Shown here: positions 47,893 through 63,810 of the stretch, in pieces | Layout of the letters: the number at the start of each line of letters is the position of its first letter | Numbering within the stretch: position 1 is the stretch's first letter | Assembly (NCBI RefSeq): GCF_009914755.1 | Contig: NC_060929.1 | Source of the DNA: the human T2T-CHM13v2.0 reference genome, Homo sapiens | Reading direction: 5' to 3' (one strand) | Length of the DNA: 64,000 bases | Program-made: the position numbers and the translations under genes | The notes under the pieces: model-generated | The model's input: the letters and a program-made list of their open reading frames with translations, nothing else | Database searches by the model: none | Told to the model about the DNA's origin: nothing

Positions 47893-49360
47893 CGCTAGAC
47901 CATGAGACCTAGGCTTCTCAAACTGGAAGGCTGCCTTCCCTTCAGGTGCCCGTGTCTATTAAGTGAGGCTTCAGGAAGGAATATTGGATTTTCTTTCTAC
48001 TAAATTGTTTTCACTCAAGACTCAGCAAGAGAAGAACCGTTTATAGTGTACATTGAATATTTGACACATGAATATTTCATAAGGCAACCGCCTGTTAGCA
48101 CTCAGAGTGAAAATGACTGTGTAGGAATAGAAAGAGTAGGCGGGCCTTTGTCTGCAGATGTGGAGGAAACCGTTGAAAATCTGGCCCTTTCCCTCTGCCC
48201 CTCCCTGTGTCCCCTTTTCCAATGTTGGTTTACAGAATCTTGCTTTTGCCTTTAACGTTATTGTTATTTTACAAAGAAATGGACGTATTCGATTTCTAAG
48301 TGGTTTTCACCAAAAAAAAAAAAAAAAAAGGTTTTGAGGAATGTTTTGAAAAAGAATGAAGGACTTTGGCCCCTCATATTGATCATTCATTTTGTTTTTA
48401 AGTGCTCTCCACCTGCCTGAAGCAAGAACAGCTCTTTTAGAGGCAGGTAAAGGCAGCCCAACTTTATGGGCCTTCAATTTTTCATGACTATGCAGCTTTC
48501 CTCTCTTCCTTTGTTAGAAACAAAAAGGGGGGGTCCCTTCCCCTCTGTTATCCAGTCATCTGCAAAGACCCCAGCCCTAACCTGCTGGATTGCACATTCA
48601 CTACAGTAACTTTTGAACTTTCTCTGGAGGGAGGTTAAGGATTCTAATACCAGAAGGCTGGGCCTAGCAAAGAGCTATTTGAGGATAACAGTTCTTCCCA
48701 CTGCCCTCCTTTGTGCTCCTCTATCCGGTCGCTGCCTCGTTCTGGCCTATCATCCTCCAGGATGTCTCTGGTTTTTGCCTTTGCTCTCCATCTTTGGTGT
48801 CCCTTCTAGCATCACTGCCCCTCCAAAGCTCAGCCTCTTCATCTCATTCTGATTGTTGCTATAGCATCTCCCTCCGTATCCCCCCATCAGTCTTCCCAAC
48901 AACCACCACCAGACCCATCCTGCGCCATCGCCCTCCACCCTCTGTGATAGCTCCTTCTGTTTTTCTGGATGTGCTACCATCCATTCTCACCTTTTAAATT
49001 CATCACAGTTGCCTGTGACCCCCTTGCCCATCTGTGCCTCTCCCAGCTCTCTGTGCTGTGATCTTTTCCCCTATTCCCTACCGTTTCTCAGTGCTTTATC
49101 AGACCCTGCTCCTCCTTAGCTTAAGCTTTACCTTTTCCACCAGTTTTGTGAGATCAGCCCACCCCAGCCAGAACTGTTTTTCTACTGTTATTTTTGCCCT
49201 CCTAGCCAGTTACTAGTCCTCAATAGACCATTTCTAAGACCTCTTTTGAAGCCCTCCCCATCCTCACCCCTACCTTAGTGTAGTGCTAGGCACATAGTGG
49301 GCTCTTGGTGAGTCCTGGGTGGTCAGGTGATGGATAACATTTTTCTCCTCTTCTCCCTAG

Positions 49361-49459
49361 GTTGATCTGTTCCAGCTGCAGGTGAACACCCTACGACGTT
49401 ATAAACGACACTACAAGTTGCAGACCAGACCAGGCTTCAATAAGGCCCAGTTAGCAGAA
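49361..49459 (+). CDS. SAP30L: SAP30L exon 3 (Sin3-binding domain, nucleolar signal)
   Basis: ctccctag| acceptor and |gtaggt donor. 99 nt = VDLFQLQVNTLRRYKRHYKLQTRPGFNKAQLAE. Confidence 0.97.
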
Positions 49460-49789
49460 GTAGGTAGACAAAATTGCCCTCTAAAGAGAGCCAGCATTGT
49501 GCTGCTTCTGATGGTTACCCTGATTCTCCCTTACCTTGTGTGTCTGCTAATTGTAATTTCCTCCAGAGTTCTGGAAGCAACTCTGTATTCCTCTTTGGCA
49601 ATTTAGAACCCCACAGCTTTAGACCTGCAAAGGCCTCAGTTCCAGAAAAGAAACCATGGCACAGAAAGAGGAAAGGATTTGCTTAAAATCACACAGCAAG
49701 TTGATAGCAGAATTGAGCCTGGGATCTCATGACTCCAGATTCTAAGTCCTGAGTGTTCATTTGTTTGAATCTTTTTTGGAAGATTCCTC

Positions 49790-51477
<1,688 letters not shown>

Positions 51478-51858
51478 TAAAGACACATTTCTTCCCACTT
51501 TCAAGGCCTGAGAGGTTTGGTAGCAGCTGGCCAACCAGAGCAGTCCCAGTCTCTCCTCCATGAGTATGACTGTGAAATCATGCCATGACAGGTGGTTGGC
51601 TGCCACTGAAATAGAACTGCACCTTGGAAGAGTTGTAGGTTAAAAAGCCACTTTTGGATCCTGGAAATTAAACCACCTACATCCCTGGGGAGGAAGGGCA
51701 AAGGGCACTCTGAGTTCCGCACATGGCAGGAAGTTCTTCAGCATTTGTCATTCCCGCCACAGCATGCAAACAACTCCATTCGCTTCTTTGTACAATGTAG
51801 AATTTGCGGTGTGATTTGTGCATGGTTTAAGGAACTTTGGTATTTTCCCCCCACATAG

Positions 51859-51987
51859 ACTGTGAGTCGACACTTCAGGAACATACCTGTGAATGAAAAA
51901 GAGACCCTTGCCTACTTCATCTACATGGTGAAGAGTAACAAGAGTAGACTGGACCAGAAATCGGAGGGTGGCAAGCAGCTTGAGTGA
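51859..51987 (+). CDS. SAP30L: SAP30L exon 4 CDS to stop codon (total protein 183 aa)
   Basis: cacatag| acceptor; TVSRHFRNIPVNEKETLAYFIYMVKSNKSRLDQKSEGGKQLE-TGA. Exon contributions 67+41+33+42 = 183 aa. Confidence 0.97.
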   Translation, partial: TVSRHFRNIPVNEKETLAYFIYMVKSNKSRLDQKSEGGKQLE

Positions 51988-54900
51988 GGATGAAGCACAT
52001 CTTAAAGGAATGAAGTGTAATGCTTGATGCACAGGTGATATCTACTACATTTAAGCCCATAAAGACTGTTAAATATTATTGTAAATAAAAAAGTTTGAAT
52101 GATGAATACTGTAAATCTTTTTGGTCAGGAGGATTATATTCTCATGATTCAGCATGTGTATAGAAAGACTTTCTTTTACGATAACTCTGGACTAAAAAAA
52201 TCAGGATCATTAAAAGAATTAAAAACTATGTATTTCAGCATTCAACAAAGCATTAAATCAATTCTACTGGAAATGTGGGATAAGAAATATTTTGGTAATC
52301 ACCTTATCCACCAGGCTGCCACGTGTGAGCTGTAGCTTGGAATAGCAGCAAGGTGCAATTGGCCATGGAAGTGCATGAGCAGACCCACATCTGGACTTGC
52401 ATGCTGCCCGCTGGCGACATAGATATCCCGCCCGCTTTGTTGCAAGCTTTGTCATTTATCAGCAGATCAGTTTGACACTGGTCCCCCTCACTCACCCTGT
52501 GCCTTGTACACAGTAGGCACTCAATCAGTAGGTATTGGCTAATTGAGCTGTCACTAATAGTGCCAGCCTTGTAACATCCGCTTCACACCTCTCATGACTG
52601 AGACCTCTGCCATTTCTGTTGCTCACCACTTAACTGCTAGAATGTGGAGGAAATCCTGATGCACCAACAAGGAAGTTTCTGATCAGATAAGGATTTCAGG
52701 ACAGTTGCATGTGCAAAACTATTCGTTGAGGTTCCAGAAACACTGATATAGAGACCCTCACAGAAGATACGGTCCCTTATGCACCCCACTATGCTTCACT
52801 CTTTGGGGTGCAGTTAGATATTATGACTTCAGCCAAGCTTCTTGGTAATAAATGCATTGACACACTGACATATTTAGTAGGTTGGGGCAAGTATTTTTAG
52901 AAGTTTTCATCCTAAGTTCACAACCACCATGCAAGCTGCCAGGGGCCATGTGATTCCTGCCCAGAAGTTCAGCTTAGGATTGAAAGTCTGGCTGGCCTTG
53001 ACTCCCTGGGCTCTGGTCATCAGCAAATCATGAGTTTGGGCAACAAAGGTCAATTCCATCTGATGCTCATTTTTGTGAACAATTTGCCTCCCTCTTAGGG
53101 AGAAAGATTGCTAAAATAATTTTTGAAAATTACCTAATTTTTTTGTTGTTCAAAACGTTGAACTCCTCAATCTAATTATATCAGAGCCAAAGTATCCTGT
53201 GAAAACAAAGCTTTATATCCAAAAATGTGCTTTTGCAAAATTCTTTAATCTGTGTAATGGAGGGCAGAGGGTATGGGGTAGGAGGGTGGGAGAAAGAAAA
53301 GAAAAGAATTTGGATTCTAATTTATGACCATCTTGACATATGGTCAAAGGTGTCATTTTCCTACTCAGTTTCAATTCTGAGTTAATTTCTTAAGCCTTAA
53401 ATAATAAGAACAATGGACAGCCTGGCCTGGCAGAGAGTTTCACAGATGACTTAATCTGAGCACCATCACAGAGAAGTCAGGACTAAACCCCCTACTGAGC
53501 AGGGCGGCGGAGTGTCCAAAGGTCTCAGTTCTGTGGAGCAGAGTACCACGCTTTCTGTGGAATGGGGACAGGGTCACCACGCTCACTAAAATGCAGTATG
53601 TTCCATTGCAGCAAAGCTTTCGCCTGTGTTCAAAATGCATGTCTAGCAGATTGCAGCCTTTTAAATTAAATATATATAAATGGTTGTATATAGAATATAC
53701 TCTGGACTGTGAGGGCATCCTATTTTGGTATGCCTCCTGGCTGTGGATGGCATGTCCAGTGCTCTGTGAGTGTTTTCAGTCATTCACATTCACTATGTGT
53801 TCAGAGATTCTCTCCCTGCTTACAGCTGAAGGATGTTGATACAGGCATCAAGAAGGCTGAGGGGCAGATGGGGCCTGCAGGTTAAGGCATTGTTAACTTG
53901 CTCCATGGAAATGTCCATATCTTAATGAGTAAAAAAGTGTATTTTTCTGATACGTAAACCAGAATTGTGGGCGTGTAGGTCACATCACTATTTCTTTAGC
54001 AGCAAATCTGTTTTCCCAGTTGAGAGAGACAATAGCTTCTGCACAAGAATATATGATGGTAGGATCCATCTGTTCAATTGTGTCTGAAAGAATCTTTATT
54101 CCAAAGCGAAACCTGGGGAAATGTTTTACCTTCAGCCAGATGCTGTGTGTGTACTTGGGTCCCTTGTCTTTCCTCTAAGGAGAGGTGCTTGTGGAAAGTG
54201 GAGGTTGTGGGCATCTTTTCAACCTTTTCAATCTGACCTTTCAACAGGTCAGGTGAGAGAAAAGACAAAGCTATTTGAACCTATGTTTTTCTTATGTCCA
54301 GAAATCCGTTCTTTCATCAAACCACTAAACCACTCGCCTTAGCCTCTTCTGCAGTTTCTGGTGGCTCTATCTGTGGGCAAGGGACTCCTGCCTGTGAGAA
54401 GTGGCCAGGCCCTCCAGAGCAACGGGGTCTGGCTTCAGGGAGCAGTGGGGTGTGGGGAAAGCAATGTTCATCTTGGCTGCTCCATTTTTATACCATCCAT
54501 CAAGGACTCTTGCGCTTCTCTCCACCTGTGACGTAGCAGCATTGCCTTCTTTCCTCTTGGTGCTTCTGGGCAAAACTGGAATTTGAAATCCAGAACTGGC
54601 GTTGTCTTCTTAAAGAGTATGGTTCCTGCCTCAGTTCCAGCCTGGTATGGTTCTTTGATATGCCCTGAAGGTTCTCACATGGCAACATCAGTATCCTGCC
54701 ATTCATGTTGTTTTAAGATGTTTTAAAAACCAATGGACAAACTTCTTGCTTCAAGGAACAAACTCTTAGGTTGGCAACAGCATATAAAAAAAAAGATCAC
54801 AGCTGAATCTCATGAAAGATTAAAAACCAAAGGATTCAAGACCGGTGTTGTAAAATGAAGAGGAATTTTACTTACATGTTACAGCTGCCAAGTTTTTAGA

Positions 54901-57015
54901 TGTTCCTGTCATAGCTAAATAGTCACTGCTAGCCTTTCAGAGAACAGATAGTAACAATTGTTTGCAGCTGCAGTGTTGCATCTAATTTTGGTGTTTAGGC
55001 TTTTTATTTTGTGGGAAGCTTTTTGTTAATATCCTGCAGGGCAACTGCCTGTTGGGAGGGAGAGGATGGAAGAAGGAGCTTACTCTGGGGGCCTTGCCTA
55101 TTGAGGGAGGCTGTTGCCCAGAGCAGTTGCTTCATGGAAGTCATCCAAAGGCGCTCTCAGTCATTACAATGACAGGATCTCAAAGTTGGGAAAGGGCTGT
55201 TAAGTCATCCAGTCTAGTCTCCACATAGGTGCTGACATTCTGCCTACAACCATCCCACCAAGGGGTTGAGCAGTCTGGACTTAAACACCTCCGAGGACAG
55301 AGAACCCACTACCTCGTGGAGAAGCCTGTTCTTTGTAAACCTCTGGCTTTTCTATGTTCTCTGTAATTTCCATCTTAGTCTCTGCCCCATGGGGGCCACA
55401 TGGGACAAGTTATTTTTGGCAAAGCACCTAATTGCTGGCACTGTCCCAAAGCATAGCGTTTGCCTTTTGGAAAGAAACAATGCTAGGACATGGACACTTT
55501 GGTACACTGTCCTTACCCCTGAGTATTAGTCCACTCAGTTCCTTGTTGGAGAATGTTGAGAAAACCCTACTGGCTGGCTTGTTTCTGCCAAAGCTTGGGG
55601 AGAGGAGAGGGGGATGAGAAGATGTTAGCAGCCTGCTAAACCTCAGACAGATGAGGACTCAGTTCTGTGCTTGCCCCACAAAAACGGATGCTCACATCAT
55701 CAGGAAATTGTTCAGCTGGAGGATTTATAACTTCGTTGCTTTGCATGAAGTTTAAAGTTTTCATGGTTGCCCAGGGCTTGTACCTTAGATTCCTGTAAGG
55801 ACTTTGCACTGTTTTTGCTGAGAAAACAACGCTTCAGGACTTAAGGTCTAAGCGTCAGAGAAGTGCCGTATTTTCAAGGTGGAAAGTCTGTTAAGCTTGC
55901 TGTTGTCCAATCATCCGTTTTTAGAGATGGGGAAACTAAAACTCAAAAAGATGTGCCTGAGGTCATATGGCATTATCAGAACCAACCTCTGGCCCTCTTG
56001 ACCTGTCTAGCATTCTTTCTTTCTGACCTATAGGATGACTCTAATTCAGTCTAAATCGGCTGCCCTCAGATTCTTGAGAACTTAAAATTGAGCAGAAATT
56101 CCCAAGGCCAACCTAGCTCTCAGGGACCAACCTGCAGAACTCAAGATTGAGCGAAATGTTTAGGCCAGTTGAGTTTTGCAAAATGAGTGGTAAGGGAAAA
56201 CAGATCTAGCCTGTTATTTAAAACCAGGGTTCAAAAGCCCTATTGGGAGAGGTAGTATTGTCCTAGCATTTAAATTCTCATGAAATGTGCTTGGTCTGTG
56301 ATCTCTTGGTCAGATATCTGCCTTCCAGGCGATCCTTTGAGGTTGTGTAATTCAGCTGGCCCTGGCTCCTGGTCCCTGTTACTGAGCTGGGCAGTCGAAC
56401 CGAAGGGCAGATGAGCTCAAGATCATGCCTTGGGAAGCATGGTGCTCTAGGGGTGCCTTTTTATTCCTTTCATTGTATTATAGACTGTTTCCAAGTTTAT
56501 GGTTAGAAATGGTAAAGTGGGTCTGGTGTTTTGAGGTAGAACCCAGCCTAGGGCAAGATATGAACTGTTCTTGAGGTAGAAATGTCTACAGTCAGTTGTT
56601 TCATCTAGCTTGCATCTTAAAACACAAACCCTTCAGTTGCTTTCACTTAATGCACACATTTGCCAATGACAGAGGGTTATACAGGATCCTTCTTTTACAT
56701 TTCTATTGTCTGCTACGCTCATCAGAGTATATTTTGGGGTACAAGGTTTTGGGGGTTTTTTTTCCCATTTTGTAACTGCCTTATTGAAAAGTAAGTGCCC
56801 TTCCATTCCAGGCCTCCTCATATTGTACTTGTTTCCTGCCAAATCTGGGGGATCATTTGTATTTTAACTTTGTAATCTATGGCTCTGTACTGTTGAAAGG
56901 CTCTCAATTCTGTGGGGTCTCCTTAGTATGTATGTGACTTTTCATGTTGCAATATCACACGATGGGATGGCCCGACTTTTGCTCTTAATAAATAATCTGA
57001 ATGAGTAAGAGACCC
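51988..57015 (+). other. SAP30L: SAP30L 3'UTR with tandem polyA signals
   Basis: AATAAA at 52084, 52847 and 56987; ATTAAA at 52209, 52218 and 52252. The distal signal has several upstream TGTA motifs; the region is Alu-free. Confidence 0.75.
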
Positions 57016-58239
57016 TCTGTCTTCCCTTTGAATTTTTATATAGAATTCAGATGCTTTCACTTCCACATTTGGCCCCTGGCAGTGTATTACAGTGATTAAT
57101 GACAGTGGTCTTTCCTCCCAGCTCCAAATACTAGCACCTACATCCCCAGTGCACACTGAGTTTAGATCCCAGAAGGTTAGGCCCAAGTTCCAGTACTGCT
57201 ATCCCATTCACTCACCTGGAAAGAGACTGACTGGGTCCAACAGCCTGAGTCTGGAGCTCAACTTCCATGTAGTGTACTGGATGCACTGGGCAAATAGAGT
57301 TCTCTCTCTGGGTCTTCAGTTCTCCATCTAAATAAACTGTATGGAGGATTGATTGCACATTGAAATATCTGCAGAGGGTGAGCTGCAAACTGGAAAACTC
57401 AGGTCCCTTCTAAGGGCAGCCACTACTCAGCTCCCTGCTACTGTAGCCTTATGGGCACACCAGCCCTGTGTGACCGGGTCTTGCAATTTGACTGGAGAAG
57501 CTGGAAATTCAGATCTTCATGTAAACATCCCAATGTTTAAATGTCTCAAAGACATTTTTAACAGCGTGTGACCTGGAGTTTCTTCACCTACAGTAGAGTC
57601 TTGCTATTTAAAGTTGGTCCATCATCTGGGCACTTGTTGGAAATGCAGAATCTCCCAGCCCCTCCTGCTGGCCGTCTACTGAATCAGAATCTGCATAGTA
57701 GCAAATTCCCTAGGGATACTACAGCTTGAGAAGCCAGGGCAGTATGACTGCACTTTCCTGGTGGAGGTCCCTGAGGCTACCGGATGACGCCTCTCGCCTG
57801 TCCTCACAGTGCTAGAGAAGAGAAAGGCAAGCCTCAAGTTCAGGTCTCCCACTTCAAGCCTGTCTCTAGTGCCACTTTACCACAGCTTTGTCCTCAGCAG
57901 AATGAAAAGGGAGAAGTGCAATAAATATTTGTCTTTATCATATTAGTTACATAGAAGTAATACATCTTAGCTCTAAAATTTTAAGCCTTACAGAAATTTT
58001 AAAAGTGCAGATCCTTTCCTTCCCACATCCTTCTCCTCTCCCATTCCACTCCCCTGTAAGGAGTGTGGAGGGTGGCTTTTCATGAGATATTTGAGAGGAC
58101 AGGAAGTCCTGGCTCTCACCAAGGAGCTCACAGAATTAGTGATGGATTGTTGCTGAAGGACACCATCATTTACAGGGTCCCTGAGTTGCTTTAGAAAGCA
58201 AAGGAAGTTCCAGTTTTCATACTGTGTTTCTTAGCATAA

Positions 58240-58575
<336 letters not shown>

Positions 58576-58842
58576 TCTCCCATTCTTTTATACTGTGTCT
58601 AACCATGGGGGCCTGCCTGCTGTCCTCACACACTGAATGGCAAAGGGGTGCTTTGTCCCCACACTTTGAAAACTGGCTGACCCCCTGCTGCAGTAAACAT
58701 CCCTTGATGATCCACAGATATCAATTTAATGGAAAGATGGAGATGAACCCACATGTTAATATGCTATTAGAACAGAAGTTTCACGAGGAACCCAACACCC
58801 TTTTATTTTCTTTTCAAAATAGAGCTTTAGGACATCGAATAT

Positions 58843-59130
58843 CAGATCATCTGAGGTCCGGTGTTTTAATCCCAGCACTTTGGGAGGCCGAGGCGGGCGG
58901 ATCACAAGGTCAAGAGATCAAGACCATCCTGGCCAACATGGTGAAACCCTGTCTCTACTAAAAATACAAAAATTAGCTGGGCATGGTAGCACGCACCTGT
59001 AGTCCCAGCTACTCAGGAGGCTGAGGCAGGAGAATCGCTTGAACCCGGCGGAGGTTGCAGTGAACCAAGATCGTGCCACTGCACTCAGCCTGGCGACAGA
59101 GCAAGACTCCATCTCAAAAAGAAAAAAAGT
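58843..59130 (+). mobile_element. AluSc-like element with a rearranged 5' end
   Basis: taatcccagcactttgggaggccgagg...gatcacaaggtcaagagatc, preceded by an out-of-order Alu piece cagatcatctgaggtccggtgtt. Confidence 0.88.
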
Positions 59131-59463
59131 GTGGCACTTGCCACCCCTTACCCCCATCAGAATCCCCTAAGCACTCTGTTGCAATGCCAATTCCTGGGCC
59201 CCCATTCCAGATCCTCAGAATGAAAAGCTCAGGGTCTAAGTCCCAGTAATAATGATTTTTAAAATTTCTCCAGGTAAGACTTAAGCTCAATAAAGTTGAG
59301 AAGCACCAATCTGGTCCAGAGGTTTCCCAATCCCAGCACAGAGATGAACAGCTTCAGTATCACCTGTTCAAATACTAGTTAAAAGTTCCCCTTGAGCTCT
59401 CTTTCATGAGAATTTTCTCAAGTGAAGCCCAGGAAACTATGTTTTTATAAAATCCTCTCGGAT

Positions 59464-59770
<307 letters not shown>

Positions 59771-61674
59771 TCCTTTCAGAAATTTATCTGCACATCCAGG
59801 TTTAGGAACCACTGAGTCCAATCCCCTAAGGCCCTGGTCAAGAAAGTATTATAACTATGTTACGTTCAGCATCAAACAGCTCAGAAGTGGCAGAGTCTGA
59901 GCAAACAGAGTGGCTGACACTGTTGTCATTCAAATGGATGATCTTCAGTCTGCAGAAAACCAGAATGAAAATAACCCACCATTCCAGCCCAAGACCTGAC
60001 ACAGAGGAGGACACTATATTTATTTAGTACTGGGACTGAGTCTTCTGTGTACTCAACAGTTTTTTGTCTACAAAGATCTTCTATATTCAGGAATAATAAT
60101 AGCTATCAAGTACAGAGTCCATGCCAGACAATGGCTAATAGTTTTATGTGCATTAATTCATTTAATCTCACTACAATCATACAAAGTAGGAACTATTATT
60201 AACTCCAATTTATAGAGATGTAAATACAGTCTCAGAAAAGCTGAGGAACTTGCCCCAGTAACAATGAGAGCCAAAGAGGTAAAGGCACTCCCAGGATGGA
60301 TCCCCAAGGCTTGCCTCGCTCTAGGGATACTGCTGTCAACCCCACCGTCCAAGAACTCAGAATGCCAAGCTCTGAAGCAGCGCAGCTACAACAGTTACCC
60401 TTGTCCCAATCAACTGGATTTACTAAACTTTAATGAGGGATTTTGAGAAGTCACTAGGACTCTAGTTAAGAAATTTAATAGGGTTTAATGGAGGTTAACA
60501 AGGTACATCCAACCTTCTAGCCAGGTTTTAACTTACCAGAGCTGAACAGAGATTAACAAGCCCAGGAGGTGTAAAGGCACCTGCATGATTTAATGGGGTT
60601 AATGAAACTGTCAGAGGTTGGCTGAGAGGGAGAGAACTGGAGCATGCTGCTGTTAACAGTCGATCTGGTTGAGGTCAACAGACATTTATTAAACAGCTGA
60701 AGCCTGCCCTGTTCTGCCCTGGGCACCACAAGGGTAGCCAGTTAAGAAAGACCACAACTGATATGGCAACCATGGTTAGTCCTGGTTGGTGATTTTGGAG
60801 TAAATTTGACTCTCTTCTTTGTGCTTTCTTGGTATCATCTAAACTGGTTATAATGAACACAAATCATTTTCACCGTAACTGTAAAATAGCAAAGCATTTT
60901 TAAGTGCCTTCAAAGCACTTACTACCTGCTTGCATAGTTTACTTTACATATTCCCGAAACATATAGAAAGTAGTAAGAGAAGTAAAAGCAACAACAATAA
61001 TACAACCTTAAATTTGAGCAGCACTTAAAGTGTTGTACAGCGCTGTCATCCATCACTTCTGTGAGTTTTTGTCACGCTATGAAACAGTGATATACAAAGT
61101 CACACTGGTAGTGGAGAAGACAGAGAAAATCTTCATCTTCCGCCTCCCGAATTGGTACTGTTTTTTCACTGAGCACTTACAATGTGACAGTCCCAATGGT
61201 AAGTAAGCACTGTACATGCCTTGATAACCCTATGAGATGAGTATTATTATTATCCCCATTTTATAGATGAAAAAATCGTTTAGAAGGGTGAAGTGGCTTG
61301 CCCAAGGTCACCAGGAAACGGTGGGGATGAGTCACACAGGTTCCAGCGTCCACTATGTCATGCTGCCTAATACTTGAGTAAGATAATATTTCGCAAGAGC
61401 ATTGTTTAGAACAGTGAAGAACTGGAAACAGCCTATATATCAAATACTAGGAGACTGGTCTTGAAAGCATTATACATATGTCATAATTGTAAAATAATGT
61501 TTAATGACATAGAAAGATATGCATATCAGCTTAGAAATACTATATATGTAAACATATGTATACAGAGTATCTATATACAACTATATGGAATATGTATCTG
61601 TATAGATATATGTTTATATACATAGTATACATATATATTTATACACACATATCTGTAACTATGACCATATATAA

Positions 61675-62001
<327 letters not shown>

Positions 62002-63810
62002 TAAATCAAAGCATCTACTTGCTAACTTCATGTGTAGCCACACTCTATCTATGTGATTCAGAGTAAGGGGAAAATACCAAGGAAAAGGCATTCTGAAAAG
62101 TAGGGGAGCTTCCCGGAAGAGGAAGCACCTAAGCAGGCCCTTGAAGGAAACAGGTTTGATGAGATGAGAGTGAAGGGAAGTCCAGGCTGATGTGACAGTG
62201 AATGAGGAGCAGAAAGCCTCATGCTGGAATGAGTACCTTGAACTTTGGAGTCATCAAACCTGCTATTATTAAAAAAAACAACCCATTGATGAAATATGGT
62301 CACAAAAGTATTTGAGTATCTGCTGTGGGCCAGGTGCCAAAGGAAACGGACTCTGTCCTCCAGGAGCCAGGAATTTCAGAGGAGCTAAGACTCAGACAGG
62401 AGTGGGAAGTAGTCCTTCAACTACTAAAATCATAGAATCTGTGATGAAAGCTCGGAGCCCTGCGTCAACCCTACTTCTGAGGAAGGAGCAGTGCATAACG
62501 GGCACTTGAAGTCTTAGAGAAGCCAATGAGGGTTAGCAAATGTAATGAGCTTAATTAAGCTAAAACAGTTAAAAGAGACTTCCTGAGGGCTCATAGCCAC
62601 TAGCAAGATTGGCCTTTGTTAAGTGAGCAGTGGGAGGTTACCTGTGCCCAACCAGAGCCTCTCCTGCCTAAGTGATGGGGGATGCAGGAGTGGACCAGGC
62701 TTCAAAGGGAGCCATCCAGTCAGCTGGGCTGGGACAGGTTCAGCAGAGCTCAGACTCAGCCACGCGCACTAGCAACTGCCAGAAGGTGAAGCTGTATCTA
62801 ATGAAACTTACTGAAGCCCAAAGAATGAGGACTGAGGGAATCAATTACTCACAAGACCGCAGCCTGCCTACTGGGGTTTATCTAAACTAGATGAAGTTGA
62901 ACTTGGCTGAGTCAATTTAAACAGTTCCAAGGGGGCTCCTTCATCTTCAGCGAAGGGTGTTCTATCTCTGGTGGCTAATATAGTTTTCAAATGTATGCTA
63001 TTCGTATTTCTATCAAGGAATATTTCCAAAGCTGGATATGAAAAGATGGTCAGGATGGCCCAGCTGCAGAAATATAGCTATTATTTGTTAAGCACCGACT
63101 GGGAAGTAGACACTGTGCTAGGGTCTTTGTATATGGTCCTAATCCTCACACAGACCTGCAAAGAAGCTATTATCATTGCTAGTTTTCAGATGGGAAAACT
63201 ACAGCTTGGAGAAGTCAGGTGACTCACCCAGGGTCTCACAGTGAACTGGGATTTGAGCCTATGTCAATCTGACTCCCCTGTGCACCATGCAACCTACACC
63301 ACAGAATGAAGTGGAATATTGACCATGCTGGGAAGATGGAAGAGTGGTAAAAGCTGTTGGAAGAACTCAGGATCCCAGCAACCTGGGTTATTTAGTGCAG
63401 GGGGAAACTGCCCTCTGTGTTCCATTAGCCCTGTGTAGTAGTGGCAGAAATATTCTGAGTTACTAGGAGAGGACTGTGTTTGTTCAGTGGCTTCTATTCA
63501 AAGGAACAGGAAAAAAAAGTGTGGCGCATTTCAGATTTCACATAGTAAGGAAACACAGATCCCTGTCCCTAAGGCATATTTAGGTAAGAAGGCCTCAGAG
63601 ATCTTGGGTTACAAAACCCCAGCGTCCCTCAGGAGTTAGGCTCACACCCAGGACTCCTGGTTTTGTGAACTTGCTGAGTCCCTTCTCTACGCCCCTGAAT
63701 TGCCAGAGGAAGTTAAAGAAAGGGAGTCCTGGGGCTCCGGGCTCACCTTGCAAGGAGGAGTCTGGGATCCTGTCTGGTTTCTCTGCGCTGAGAGTGCAGA
63801 AGAGGGAGTA

